From an uncultured Nitrososphaerota archaeon (GTDB lineage: Archaea; Asgardarchaeota; Njordarchaeia; Njordarchaeales; Njordarchaeaceae), in contig CAZFGR010000001.1 of the NCBI GenBank assembly GCA_964518475.1, forward strand, positions 46,280-110,279: 64,000 nucleotides of DNA, read 5' to 3'. Made by a program: the position numbers and the translations under genes. Below, piece by piece: positions 36,124 through 46,023 of the stretch (position 1 is the stretch's first letter; every line of letters begins with the position of its first letter). The notes beneath the pieces were generated by a model. It was not told where the DNA came from, did not search any database, and saw only the letters and a list, made by a program, of their open reading frames with translations.

Positions 36124-37134
36124 ATGAATTATATTAATGTTATTTCAAAGTCTCTCTACCTAAAGCGGTGGTCAGCATTGCTGGATGAGATCTTAGAGCT
36201 TGATTTAAAAATATACAAATTTCAGCCAAAGAGGCTTCCAGTTATTTCGGGCTATGAAGCTATCAGAATCTTAGAACTAATTAATAATAAGAAGAAAAAA
36301 GCCGATAAGGTGGATATTAATGTCGCTCTAGGACGATTCCCGGATATTCCCTCAGAGATTTCTGGGGATAATATTACATTTCAGTACCTTGGAAAAAACT
36401 ACTACTTATCCATATCAGCACTTGAGAGATTTAGTAAATGGCCTCACCGGATATTTGCCATAGAAGATGATCAAGAAAAACCCTTAATGAGTTACTCGAA
36501 TAATCATTTTTACCAACTAATCGCTTTAGGGCCTAGAGTATCACCAACAATAGAGATTAATGGTATAAGGATGCATAGAACAGAGGAAATAACACCCTTT
36601 TTAGATGCGAAACTAAAGGTACTCCCGCTAAAAATATTTAAGGGTGCCAAAATTCTCGACATCTGCACTGGTCTTGGCTACACATCTATTTGGGTTAGTC
36701 GTTTAGGGGGAGATGTTCTAACGATTGAGAAGGACCGTAACGTTTTAGAGCTAGCTGAGTATAATCCATGGTCCTACGAGCTTGAGAAGATACCGATTAT
36801 CCTTGAAGATGCTTTAGTCGCTATTACTAAATTACCAACGAATTATTTTGATAGAATTATTAATGATCCTCCCAGATATTCCTTGGCAGGAGAACTATAT
36901 TCTAGAGACTTTTTCCAAGAAATTTTCAGAGTTTTGAAGCCTGGTGGTATGCTTTTCCAGTACACGGGTAATCCTCAGGAAAAATACCGTGGTAAAAAAA
37001 TTGTGAAGGGAATTATGGAGAGACTGAGAAGTGTTGGCTTTCGTGTAAGACAGTATAAGAAGGCTCTAGGATTGCTTTGTATTAAGCCGAGACACACGTT
37101 TTCTGATAATTATGAAATCTTTCGAACCACATGA
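36124..37134 (+). CDS. Class I SAM-dependent methyltransferase-fold protein with an N-terminal extra domain
   Basis: Motif I ILDICTGLGYTSI, ..VLTIEKD.., and motif IV-like DRIINDPPRYSLAGELYSRDFFQEIFRVLKPGGMLFQYTG (also reminiscent of spermidine-synthase-like folds). Confidence 0.6.
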   Translation: MNYINVISKSLYLKRWSALLDEILELDLKIYKFQPKRLPVISGYEAIRILELINNKKKKADKVDINVALGRFPDIPSEISGDNITFQYLGKNYYLSISALERFSKWPHRIFAIEDDQEKPLMSYSNNHFYQLIALGPRVSPTIEINGIRMHRTEEITPFLDAKLKVLPLKIFKGAKILDICTGLGYTSIWVSRLGGDVLTIEKDRNVLELAEYNPWSYELEKIPIILEDALVAITKLPTNYFDRIINDPPRYSLAGELYSRDFFQEIFRVLKPGGMLFQYTGNPQEKYRGKKIVKGIMERLRSVGFRVRQYKKALGLLCIKPRHTFSDNYEIFRTT

Positions 37135-37614
37135 TGGACATTCTAGTAACACGGGATTAAAGACTTCTCCACAAATTTTGCATTTCTTGTACGCTCTAAG
37201 AACCACTTTGATTTTTCTATCAATAACAGACTCAAATTCTATACCGAGGTACGCGCAGAGATTCTGAATCCCGTAATCCTCAGTAAATACTATGACTTCA
37301 TGACCTCTCCTGATCAAATCAAGTGCTGTCGCTATCACACTTATATCTGTTCTAGATAAATCATTAGATAGGCCTAACTGATTTGCTATTCTAACAACAT
37401 CTTCAATAGATTTTTTGGCTGGTTCTATTACAGAGAAAGCTATTTTACCAGTTTCCAGAAGAAATTTGGTTTCAACATCCTTGATTTCTTTTAATACGAT
37501 AGATGGGATTATGAATATGCATTCTTGAAGTGGTTTACTGCTACGCAATATCCTAAGAATAGATGATGTATCCAGGACGCAGTATTTTCTAGAATCCTTA
37601 GGATATTCTCGCAT
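37066..37614 (-). CDS. nob1: PIN-domain endonuclease with C-terminal zinc ribbon (Nob1-like)
   Basis: YCVLDTSSIL (PIN Asp), ..DISVIATALDL.., VFTEDYGIQN, then CKICGEVF....CPSCGS. Confidence 0.6.
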   Translation of the reverse strand: MREYPKDSRKYCVLDTSSILRILRSSKPLQECIFIIPSIVLKEIKDVETKFLLETGKIAFSVIEPAKKSIEDVVRIANQLGLSNDLSRTDISVIATALDLIRRGHEVIVFTEDYGIQNLCAYLGIEFESVIDRKIKVVLRAYKKCKICGEVFNPVLLECPSCGSKDFIIIRKRVSRLNTKQS

Positions 37615-37846
37615 GAGCTTCAGCTTCCTTCTCTTTACTTTTAGTTAAGAAAATAGCGAATTCTGGACAGATATACTCACACATTCTGCATCCTAGGCAT
37701 TTTTCTGGATGGGCGGGTGTGACTGGGTGAAAGCCCATTAAATTTATCTTGTCGGGAGAGAGCTCAAGAACTTTTGGTGCACAAACATATATACAAAGAC
37801 CACACCCCTTACAACGCTCCTCCAATACATTAATTCGCCACATCAC
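37598..37846 (-). CDS. 2x[4Fe-4S] ferredoxin-like protein
   Basis: CKGCGLCIYVCAP and CLGCRMCEYICPE in 82 aa. Confidence 0.7.
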   Translation of the reverse strand: MMWRINVLEERCKGCGLCIYVCAPKVLELSPDKINLMGFHPVTPAHPEKCLGCRMCEYICPEFAIFLTKSKEKEAEAHARIS

Positions 37847-37880
37847 TGAACACCGGCTAGATCTACATAACCCTTTATCG

Positions 37881-38675
37881 TCACTGACTACTTGTTTTAA
37901 GAAACTTTAGTAGTGAAGGTAGCATCTCTTTTTTAATTGCATTATATACTTCCGACCCAAATATAGCCTCAAAAAAGAAATCGGACTTATCCTTAGCCAT
38001 TCTTATAAAATTAACAAAATTATCCCTCTTCATCTCCATTGAGAGTTTGTTAAGAACTATTGCTATATGAGTCAATAAGGACCCCCCAAAATTCTCGGTA
38101 CGAATCTTAGCTCCAACTTTCTTCAACTGAACTATTGTTTTATGTGTAGGGTAAACAATTTTCAGATTCTCTAATTTTGAAACTGCGGGAGTATCGATAG
38201 CTAGGATGCCGATCGTTCCCTTTGGAACATAATCCAGTAACTTAAGGAACTTCACCAATTTACTGTTAGCATAAATATAAAGGATGTCTGGTTGAGACTC
38301 TATGATTTCTAGTACCTCATCTGCTACACCAAAAATTTCAAAGTATTTTTTTATGTCATCAATGCTTAGAGAGTCTAGACATTCTCTATATGGGAAAACC
38401 AGATCTTCTTCGGTAAGAACTTGAAACGGGGTTAGGAAGTATATTTCAAAATCAATAACATCAATGCTCTTCAGAATTTTTATTGCCTCTAGTAAGCCCT
38501 TGTTTCTCCCAACAGAAAAAACCCTAAGCGCCGTGCTTGGAGATATTTTATATTTGTTATACGTTTCTTCGATAAATTCTCGAAGACCACCAGCATCTAT
38601 TATGTCCTTCACGCTTATTTTAGATTGGGGGAAGCAAACGTCTTTAATGAGCGCTACCAACCTTATTTCATCCAT
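37881..38675 (-). CDS. Hypothetical protein
   Basis: 264-aa ORF, co-directional with the ferredoxin and Nob1-like genes. No motif recognised. Confidence 0.4.
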   Translation of the reverse strand: MDEIRLVALIKDVCFPQSKISVKDIIDAGGLREFIEETYNKYKISPSTALRVFSVGRNKGLLEAIKILKSIDVIDFEIYFLTPFQVLTEEDLVFPYRECLDSLSIDDIKKYFEIFGVADEVLEIIESQPDILYIYANSKLVKFLKLLDYVPKGTIGILAIDTPAVSKLENLKIVYPTHKTIVQLKKVGAKIRTENFGGSLLTHIAIVLNKLSMEMKRDNFVNFIRMAKDKSDFFFEAIFGSEVYNAIKKEMLPSLLKFLKTSSQ

Positions 38676-38811
38676 TCTCTTTATGCCTCATTTACCCATC
38701 TGAAAACATTTAAACACTTTTTAACGATAAAGCTTCTTCTTAACAAATTCTTGTTCAAGATATTTAAGCTAAAATATCATCTAGATAGCTTTATTAAACG
38801 GTGAAAGAGGA

Positions 38812-40128
38812 ATGAATTATACAAATATACTACAGAGCGACTACTTTATCATACTTGCAGGCTTTCTCGTAGGTGCTATAATCGGTTTAGAAAGGCAATT
38901 CTCGACTGAGAAAGAGTTCAGTTCAAACATCGGGGAAAGAATGCCCGGAATTCGCACCTTTGGCCTAATATCTTTACTAGGAGCTATTTCTGCCCTGTAT
39001 TTTAGAAAATATCAGTTGAAAGAAATGTTGATTTTCAGTATCATTGTTACGGTTGTTTTAATTATTGTTTACTCAATCCTGAGAGCTATGTATTATACGA
39101 AGGATATTGGTATTACAACAGCAACAGCAATGTCCCTTGCCTTTATCTCTGGCACAATTATTGGGTTCGGCGACATCGTACTGGGAATAACTCTCTCAAT
39201 ATTCACAACGTTCATTCTAGCTATAAAACAGACATTATCAAATCTCATCCAAGGATTAGAATATAACGAGATAAAATCTGCTTTACAGATAGGCATTCTA
39301 GCTCTACTATTGTTCCCCTTAATTCCAGATGTTTATGATCCAATATTTCATGTTATCAACCTTAGGATATTCTTCCTATTCCTAATCCTCGTACTCTTCA
39401 TAAGCTTCATAGCCTACATAATTTTACGCCGATTCGGACCAATGCAGGGTCTATTAACATTCACAGTAATGGGTGGTCTAATAAATTCTGAAGCTACAGC
39501 AATGAACCTAATAAGAATATTCGAAAGGGGGGCAAGGGAATATGCCTCTGATAAAATACACCAAGCGATCTCTACTGGTGTTTTATTAGTAAACATTTCA
39601 ATGATTGTTAGAACCATCTTCTTAGTAAGCATACTTGCTTGGTGGGATGTGGAGTTTATAAAATATATTTCCCTCCTACTGGGACTACCAGCTCTCTTCG
39701 GGATTTTACTAGCATATTTACGATTCCATGTAATCTCTGAAAGTAAAGTAGCCGAAATACAATTAGAGAGCCCTCTCTCATACAAAAAAGCTCTGAAATT
39801 TACATTAGCCTTTACAGTAATCACGTTCCTCACAATACTAGTTGAGGAAATAATGCCTTTACATGGCTTATTACTGGGAAGTATAATTGGAGGATTCGTC
39901 AGTAACTCAGCCGTGATTTTATCCGTAATATCTCTCTACGCTACTAAAAATACTCTCTCCTTTAAGGAGACTCTAGAGGCGATTTTAGCTAGTACAATAT
40001 CTAGTATCCTTAACAAGGTATACTACGCGAAAGTAGCTGGAGCTAACGCTAGTGTTATCCTTAGAATACTCACGGATAATATCATCCTCGCACTCCTGAT
40101 GTTAATACTATTCTTAATTATGGTATAA
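38812..40128 (+). CDS. MgtC/SapB-family membrane protein with DUF4010-like C-terminal extension
   Basis: N-terminal LAGFLVGAIIGLERQ (MgtC signature) and about 10 predicted TM helices over 438 aa. Confidence 0.7.
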   Translation: MNYTNILQSDYFIILAGFLVGAIIGLERQFSTEKEFSSNIGERMPGIRTFGLISLLGAISALYFRKYQLKEMLIFSIIVTVVLIIVYSILRAMYYTKDIGITTATAMSLAFISGTIIGFGDIVLGITLSIFTTFILAIKQTLSNLIQGLEYNEIKSALQIGILALLLFPLIPDVYDPIFHVINLRIFFLFLILVLFISFIAYIILRRFGPMQGLLTFTVMGGLINSEATAMNLIRIFERGAREYASDKIHQAISTGVLLVNISMIVRTIFLVSILAWWDVEFIKYISLLLGLPALFGILLAYLRFHVISESKVAEIQLESPLSYKKALKFTLAFTVITFLTILVEEIMPLHGLLLGSIIGGFVSNSAVILSVISLYATKNTLSFKETLEAILASTISSILNKVYYAKVAGANASVILRILTDNIILALLMLILFLIMV

Positions 40129-40158
40129 GGATCGCACAATTATTCGGAGGATACAGGC

Positions 40159-40947
40159 ATGGATCCAGAAAAACTCCTAGACATTCTCCTAGAGATCCTC
40201 CGTAGCATCGATTACAAGAGGATTCTACAACAGAGAGGAATACGCGGATATAACCCATCTGGTGACGAATCATTCTTATTTGACGTCATCGTTGAAGAAA
40301 GAATTGCAAAAATGCTACGAAAAAAACAGTTTGAGGGAGAGATACGAGGTGAGGAGAAAGGGAACTATGGTGGAGATCCCTCCAAAGGCATCATAATCAT
40401 CGACCCCGTCGATGGTTCCACAAACGCTCACCAAGGCATACCATTCTACGCAACTCTCATAGCCTACGCAGAAAATGACCACCTAAACGATATCCAACTA
40501 GGCATCGCCTACGCACCCTCTCTAAGAAAAACTTACTGGGCGATAAGGGGCAAGGGAGCATACCTAATAAATGGAGAAAACGTAAGGAAACTAACAATTC
40601 CGCGAGAAAAAACGCTACCGAGACCCCTCATAGAAGTCACGTCAACATATACCCTAAAACATGCCGATAAAATCAATAAAATCGGGAAAATACGCCACTT
40701 TGGATCCATAGGCCTAGCAACTTGCTTAGCAGCAGAAGGAAAACTAGCAGCCGTCATCGATATAGGGAGAAGAACAAGAATACCAGATATCGCGGCCCCA
40801 AGCCTAATAATACGAGAAGCAGGCGGCGACATCGTAATTGACACAAAAAGACCCTTAGAACCAACCACACGACTAAACTTCATCGCCGGCCACAAAGAAT
40901 TCGTAGGGATACTAGCGAGAACATTATGGTACAGAAGAAGGAAATAA
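40159..40947 (+). CDS. suhB: Inositol monophosphatase / fructose-1,6-bisphosphatase family protein
   Basis: GEEKG....IIIIDPVDGSTNA, ..GSIGLATCLAAEGKLAAVID; the IMPase metal-binding motifs. Confidence 0.8.
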   Translation: MDPEKLLDILLEILRSIDYKRILQQRGIRGYNPSGDESFLFDVIVEERIAKMLRKKQFEGEIRGEEKGNYGGDPSKGIIIIDPVDGSTNAHQGIPFYATLIAYAENDHLNDIQLGIAYAPSLRKTYWAIRGKGAYLINGENVRKLTIPREKTLPRPLIEVTSTYTLKHADKINKIGKIRHFGSIGLATCLAAEGKLAAVIDIGRRTRIPDIAAPSLIIREAGGDIVIDTKRPLEPTTRLNFIAGHKEFVGILARTLWYRRRK

Positions 40948-40949
40948 GA

Positions 40950-41023
40950 TGGTGCGCCGGGCGGGACTCGAACCCGCGCCACCGGCTTGGCAGGCCGGCA
41001 TCCTTCCGCTAGACTACCGGCGC
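40950..41023 (-). tRNA. tRNA-Gly(GCC), no intron, CCA encoded
   Basis: Reverse complement: GCGCCGG TA GTCT AGCGGAAGGAT.. CCGGC CTGCCAA GCCGG TG GCGGG TTCGAGT CCCGC CCGGCGC A CCA. The acceptor and anticodon stems are perfect. Confidence 0.9.
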
Positions 41024-41364
41024 ATCCCAGACTCCTAATCCTCCATAGTCTTAGATATTACTAATTAGAGATCAATTATAAAACTTTCACTAATAGGGGA
41101 AGCTTGGAGGAGCACATCCTATAGAAACTTCACCCATACCCATTTCCTGATAACTACCCTCCTGATTTCATCATTCATAACTTAGATTTTCTGGAAATTT
41201 CAGTAATATACTCCCTATTTCTGATCAGTGTAGAAGGTTAGCGTATAGTTAATTCTTGAAAAATCTTTTTATGAAATATAAAGCAATAGATAGTTCTTAA
41301 AGAGACTCTTGAATTGAGAAAATCCATAATATTCTTACTTAGAAAAATTTGACGTAATATCATA

Positions 41365-41422
41365 GAGCATGATGAAAACCCGGTCCTGGGATTTCAATGA
41401 CCGGACGCAGCAGATCTGAGCA
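41365..41422 (+). ncRNA. Candidate C/D box sRNA (weak internal boxes)
   Basis: gc ATGATGA aaacccggtcct GGGA tttca ATGACCG gacgcagcagat CTGA gc. The C and D boxes are good with 51-nt spacing, but D'/C' are degenerate. An alternative hairpin ccggtc/gaccgg exists. Confidence 0.35.
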
Positions 41423-41547
41423 ATTAGCATAAATAGTATTGTTTTATTCCCGATAGGCGTCTTAGTAACTAGTTAGCGCACCATAACATAAATAGTAAAT
41501 ATAATAAATGTTTTCGTCCGAAGCAATTAGTTACTAACGGAGAAGCA

Positions 41548-42222
41548 TTGGAGGGGTTGAGTTTGTCTATAAAGGAGAGAATGGAACTAAAGGGAACAAC
41601 TACAGTGGGCTTAGTTTTCAAGGATGGAGTTGTAATTGCGGCAGATAAAAGAGCGAGCGCTGGAACTTTTATTGCTAGTAGGAGAGCACAGAAAATCTAC
41701 GCGATAACTAATAAAATAGTATTTACGACATCTGGTCTAGTAGCTGATGCTCAGATCTTGGTAAGATGGATTCAAAACCATATTCGTAGGTTAACAATAG
41801 AGAGGGAAAGAGAACCATTAGTACGCGAAGTTGCTAATTTAACATCAATTCTTATGCACAATTATTTCAAAAGTTTGCTGCCTTTTCAGGTACACTTCAT
41901 AATAGGGGGATTAGATGTTCTTGGACCTCATATATTTTTCTTAGATCACTCTGGAGCTGTGCAAGAGGATAAATTCATGGCTACGGGTAGTGGATCCCCA
42001 ATAGCTTTTGGTGTATTAGAAGCCTACTATAAGGATAGGATGGATCAAGAAGAAGCAATAATGCTTGCTCTTAGAGCACTGAGATCCGCAATAAGGAGAG
42101 ACGCAGCAACTGGCGATGGAATAGATCTTGCTGTTATTACAGAAAAAGGTATAAGATTTTTCAAGCCAGAAGAAATTGATGCGTATCTTGCTGATCTTAA
42201 AAAACTTCTTGAGGAAGGTTAG
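41548..42222 (+). CDS. psmB: Proteasome beta subunit
   Basis: ..MELKG/TTTVGLVFKDGVVIAADKRASAG (Thr active site after a short propeptide), ..GSGS.IAFGVLE... The start is TTG 41548 or ATG 41581. Confidence 0.9.
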   Translation: MEGLSLSIKERMELKGTTTVGLVFKDGVVIAADKRASAGTFIASRRAQKIYAITNKIVFTTSGLVADAQILVRWIQNHIRRLTIEREREPLVREVANLTSILMHNYFKSLLPFQVHFIIGGLDVLGPHIFFLDHSGAVQEDKFMATGSGSPIAFGVLEAYYKDRMDQEEAIMLALRALRSAIRRDAATGDGIDLAVITEKGIRFFKPEEIDAYLADLKKLLEEG

Positions 42223-42306
42223 AAAGTCTCATTCCCACTTTTTTAAACTTTCAGAAAAATTTTCAGGGAGGCGTAAAGCGTGCAAACGGCGACCCTATCA
42301 ATTCCT

Positions 42307-43857
42307 ATGCGTAAAAGTGAAAAACCAAGGGTTCGGATTAGGGGCATCTACGCAACCGCGCTAACAAAGATTTTTCTCGATAATGGTTTTGAGATAATAC
42401 AGCCAAGTGAAGTTGTTGCTAAAAGGTTTTCTCTATCAACGGTTCGTTATCTTTCTCCGCAAATTGACATTGTAGACAAGCCTGATAAACATGGTGTTAT
42501 AATAGAGAGTTTATCAGAGATGACTGACAGAGTGAGCAAAATACTTTTTGATGAATTATTGGATGTGATAGTTCATAAATCAAAAGTCCAGAAAGGAGCG
42601 GTTTACAAAGGGATAATCTATAGACCTGCACCCTCTGGAGGATACATTGTAAAACTAACACCAAATCTTGATGGTTTGCTACCAGTTGAAGAAGCTACGA
42701 AACAATCATTAAAATTGGGGGATACAGTATTAGTTGAGGTAAAAAATCCAAATTCGAACGGATTACCGATCGTGTCCATGAAAATAACTATCCCCGGCGA
42801 CTTTGCTGTATTGATTCCAGAAGAATCAGTACGGGTTTCTCATAAAATTAAGGGAGGAGCTCGTTACAAATTACTGGAGCTTGGAAAAATCCTAAGACCA
42901 GATGGTTGGGGAATTGTATGGAGAACTGGTGCAGCGAATGCGGAACTAGAGGAGTTACAGGAAGAAATTAAGATCCTACATGAACAAGCAGAAAAATTAC
43001 AAGAACTAGCAGAAAATTCTCCAGCGCTTGTGAAGTTGAGAAATGGATTCGACATAGTCACAGTGGAATTCCCATTTATGAGCAAGACTAAACTTGATGA
43101 GATACGTGCACAAGTATTCAACACAGTTAAGTATCATCATCTGTTTAAGACATATGGTAACAATATTACGAGATTAGTAGATTTTGCAGAGAAGTATCTA
43201 TCTCAACATATCTCAATAGAGAAGATAAATAATGCCCTAAGAGAGTATTTTACTAACGAAATTTTATTCTCAGAAGGTAGAGTAATAAAGATTCACCATA
43301 TAAAGATCTATGGTCGGGAAGTAATACTAGGGCCCGCGAAGATAATAATGCGTAAGAATACTGATACTGAAAGAGTTGAGTACAGGCTACATAGGAGATT
43401 TATGCCTGGTGGGTATTACGATGGTATAGGAGCTCCTAAAGAAGCTGGCGACTATGGAGTAACGATTGTTAGATTATTTGATGACAAGTTAATTACAGCC
43501 TACTTCTCCATAGAGAATGATTTGAAAGGAATTTACATCAATATTAACACGCCAATAGAGCCCGGCAACGATGGCTTCCGATATATAGATCTCGAAATAG
43601 ATGTGGTTCTTACGCAGGAGAACCAAGTAATGATCCTAGATTCGCAAAAATTGGAAAGATACGTGAATGAGGGAATAATTTCGCAAAACTTGGCAGACTT
43701 CGCGAAGAAACGTGCGGAAGAATATAAAGAGTGGCTAGAAAATAAGGGAGTGGAAGAGATTCTAGGAATATGTGACGAAGTTCGTAGAAAACTAGAAGAA
43801 TCAATAGAAACAGATGAAAGCACGGAAAGCCTAGAAGATCAACTAATGAGTGGTTAA
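42307..43857 (+). CDS. FAU-1 / RNase E/G-like RNA-binding protein with C-terminal DUF402 domain
   Basis: PRVRIRGIYATALTKIFLDNGFEIIQPSEVVAKRF is the FAU-1 N-terminal signature. S1-like GAVYKGIIY is present. The C-terminal GIYININTPIE....RYIDLEIDVV matches DUF402. The track ORF begins at GTG 42280. Confidence 0.8.
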   Translation: MRKSEKPRVRIRGIYATALTKIFLDNGFEIIQPSEVVAKRFSLSTVRYLSPQIDIVDKPDKHGVIIESLSEMTDRVSKILFDELLDVIVHKSKVQKGAVYKGIIYRPAPSGGYIVKLTPNLDGLLPVEEATKQSLKLGDTVLVEVKNPNSNGLPIVSMKITIPGDFAVLIPEESVRVSHKIKGGARYKLLELGKILRPDGWGIVWRTGAANAELEELQEEIKILHEQAEKLQELAENSPALVKLRNGFDIVTVEFPFMSKTKLDEIRAQVFNTVKYHHLFKTYGNNITRLVDFAEKYLSQHISIEKINNALREYFTNEILFSEGRVIKIHHIKIYGREVILGPAKIIMRKNTDTERVEYRLHRRFMPGGYYDGIGAPKEAGDYGVTIVRLFDDKLITAYFSIENDLKGIYININTPIEPGNDGFRYIDLEIDVVLTQENQVMILDSQKLERYVNEGIISQNLADFAKKRAEEYKEWLENKGVEEILGICDEVRRKLEESIETDESTESLEDQLMSG

Positions 43858-45179
43858 ATCGTAATTTTCTTTTTCTTTATTTTATCGAAAATAGCATTCA
43901 CACGGTTTGTCCACTCAAAAATTTTTTCTGGATTATGGGGGTAATTCAAATAAAGATCCTGAACAATTGCTGTGTACCGCGCTATATCTACCAAGCTCCA
44001 AAAAATTCTGGGTTTAAGAATATTTGTCAGTAATGCAAGACTAACGTGCAGTATAGTATTTAGATCAAAAGACATCCTTTCTGGGAGCGCTGAAGCGAAT
44101 AAATACAAATTTTTGGGAGAGAACTTTTGCACAAAAATCCGTAGAGCATCTAACATAGCCAGCATCCAGCCACGATCTCTCATGAATCTAATGTTAAATT
44201 CCCATAAATCATTAGTAGACGGAGGATTATCAGAACTATTAAGAGTTTCTATCAAAACGTTACTGGCAACCTTAGCTACATATAGAGCTCCGTATATTCC
44301 GCCTTCGAAAACAGGGTTACCATGAGAAGCTGCATCACCTAAAACCATAAATCCATTGAAAACACTGGAGGATAAAGGTCTACGAATCGGGAGCACTCCA
44401 TATAATCTTCTTGCAGGTCTCTGTTTGATTCTTAGAATTCTCCGCAAATACACCAATCTATCACTTAATGACACACCATCTGGAAGAGGGGTCAAACCGA
44501 GACCAATAATAGTTTTTCTCTCTAATGGAGTTATCCAGCAGTATCCTCCGGGGGCTAAAGTATTCGAGAGGATTATTGTGGGTGTTTCAAAATCAGAGGT
44601 GTTTGGAATTTCATCTACTCCCCCAACAATTAGATCATTAAGGCTAATTTCTGTCTCCGGCAAGTATCCCGTTAGTCTTTTTCTGAGAGTTGCATTAAAT
44701 CCTGTAGCATCAATGGTGACTAGGCCTCTTTGAACTTTCTCATCACTCAGCATAAATCCACTAACATAGGAATTCTCAAGGACAAGATTCTCAACCTTTT
44801 TACAAGTAAAAACGCCCACGCCGACTTCTTTTAATCGCTGAAGTATCTCTTGGCCGAGTTTTTCTCTATTTATGTGGACTAAATCGAGTCTAATGCGAGA
44901 AAGTTCGTTGAACCTCTCGTCAAAAATTGTTATGTGCTTAAAAGACTCATCCACGACATTTTCAACATCAATGTCCATTTCCTTCAAAAAGTCAATTACT
45001 TTCTGCGAAGATAAGCCTCCACAAGCTTTATTACCCAGAAAATCTTGATTTTTCTTATACTCAAATAGAGCAACTCGAAAACTCTCTGAGGCTAACTTAT
45101 AGGCGAGAAAACTCCCAGCAAAGCCTCCACCAGCAATTAGCACATCATAATCATAACTTTTCCTTAACATTAAGAACAC
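43854..45179 (-). CDS. FAD-dependent oxidoreductase, geranylgeranyl reductase family (second paralogue)
   Basis: YDVLIAGGGFAGSFLAYKLASESFRVALFE (Rossmann) and VLGDAASHGNPVFEGGI (GD motif). Confidence 0.65.
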   Translation of the reverse strand: MFLMLRKSYDYDVLIAGGGFAGSFLAYKLASESFRVALFEYKKNQDFLGNKACGGLSSQKVIDFLKEMDIDVENVVDESFKHITIFDERFNELSRIRLDLVHINREKLGQEILQRLKEVGVGVFTCKKVENLVLENSYVSGFMLSDEKVQRGLVTIDATGFNATLRKRLTGYLPETEISLNDLIVGGVDEIPNTSDFETPTIILSNTLAPGGYCWITPLERKTIIGLGLTPLPDGVSLSDRLVYLRRILRIKQRPARRLYGVLPIRRPLSSSVFNGFMVLGDAASHGNPVFEGGIYGALYVAKVASNVLIETLNSSDNPPSTNDLWEFNIRFMRDRGWMLAMLDALRIFVQKFSPKNLYLFASALPERMSFDLNTILHVSLALLTNILKPRIFWSLVDIARYTAIVQDLYLNYPHNPEKIFEWTNRVNAIFDKIKKKKITI

Positions 45180-45376
45180 CAGTATTTCTCCAAAGCGAGA
45201 GAGTTGAAATTCCTTACCACGTATATTTCAATGATAGGAGCCCTAAATGCACGTCTTAGGAATGCTTAGGGATAATGCGAATAAACTTTAGATTATGTAG
45301 ATTTTTGAGAGTCATACTTAATTAGTCAGAGATGATACATTAAGTATAAATGAATGATTAGGCGCTGGGAATCTAT

Positions 45377-45435
45377 GCCGATGAAGAGAACAGGCCCCAC
45401 CGAAAAATCATGAAGAGCCCTCGAAGGTCTGAGGC
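45377..45435 (+). ncRNA. C/D box sRNA (canonical dual-guide architecture)
   Basis: gccg ATGAAGA gaacaggcccca CCGA aaaatc ATGAAGA gccctcgaaggt CTGA ggc. There are two 12-nt guides and a terminal gcc/ggc pairing. It is intergenic and ends at the stop of the convergent eS31 gene. Confidence 0.65.
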
Positions 45436-45719
45436 TACTTCGCCTTCGCAGCAGCTTTTACTGTTTTCCACTCAGTGTATCCGCAACGACCACAACTCCA
45501 TCGATCTGGGTGTTCTGCAAGGAAAACTCCAGGGCCGCACACTGGACAGAACTTTCGTAATCTAACTAGCTTTCCATTCTCTACTCGGTACAAGTGGGAA
45601 ATCACAAATAGTTTCTTACCTTTTATCTCAGCATATGGCTTCTTCTTATGTTTTTTCTTCTTTCCAGCACGCTTTCTTATCCTTTGTTTCTTCTTAACTT
45701 TCTTACCCATTATATTCAC
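45435..45719 (-). CDS. rps27ae: Ribosomal protein eS31 (S27ae) with Lys-rich N-terminal extension
   Basis: Zinc ribbon [27 protein letters not shown], preceded by [14 protein letters not shown] and a K-rich N-terminus resembling the non-ubiquitin part of eukaryotic RPS27A. Confidence 0.85.
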   Translation of the reverse strand: MNIMGKKVKKKQRIRKRAGKKKKHKKKPYAEIKGKKLFVISHLYRVENGKLVRLRKFCPVCGPGVFLAEHPDRWSCGRCGYTEWKTVKAAAKAK

Positions 45720-46023
45720 CCTCTTTTTCTTTTAAGATGCCATTCCTAATTAGTATATGCTTTGGCTCAATTTCCAACATTTTCTCCCGCGAATCGTAAA
45801 CAAAAGCTTCCACAATTGACTCATTTACACCAAATGGTGTTTTAATATTTCGAATAACTACTAAGTCTTCTGGGATATTTAGTAATTTAGCAATAGTTTC
45901 CTTAACAATCTTCCTGGATGGTGTACCCTGAGCATCATGAACGACGCGAAAGCGATACTCTGTTCTGAATAGCAACTTATTCTCAAATTTAGAGAGCATT
46001 TCGACTTTTAAACTCATGACCAC
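45703..46023 (-). CDS. rps24e: Ribosomal protein eS24
   Basis: [52 protein letters not shown]......FVYDS.E....[11 protein letters not shown]; the conserved S24e-S27ae gene pair. Confidence 0.85.
   Translation of the reverse strand: MVMSLKVEMLSKFENKLLFRTEYRFRVVHDAQGTPSRKIVKETIAKLLNIPEDLVVIRNIKTPFGVNESIVEAFVYDSREKMLEIEPKHILIRNGILKEKEGEYNG

Noticed and set aside
40533-40982. 149-aa minus-strand ORF covering the IMPase gene and running into tRNA-Gly
   Set aside because: It is antisense to a well-supported CDS and overlaps a tRNA gene. No motifs.
41160-41180. ATGATGA on the minus strand (rc of tcatcat) in the psmB upstream spacer; a similar one occurs at 48752-48758 upstream of psmA
   Set aside because: No CTGA D box lies within 60 nt downstream on that strand. 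The psmA one lies in the 5' leader next to the SD GGGAGG.
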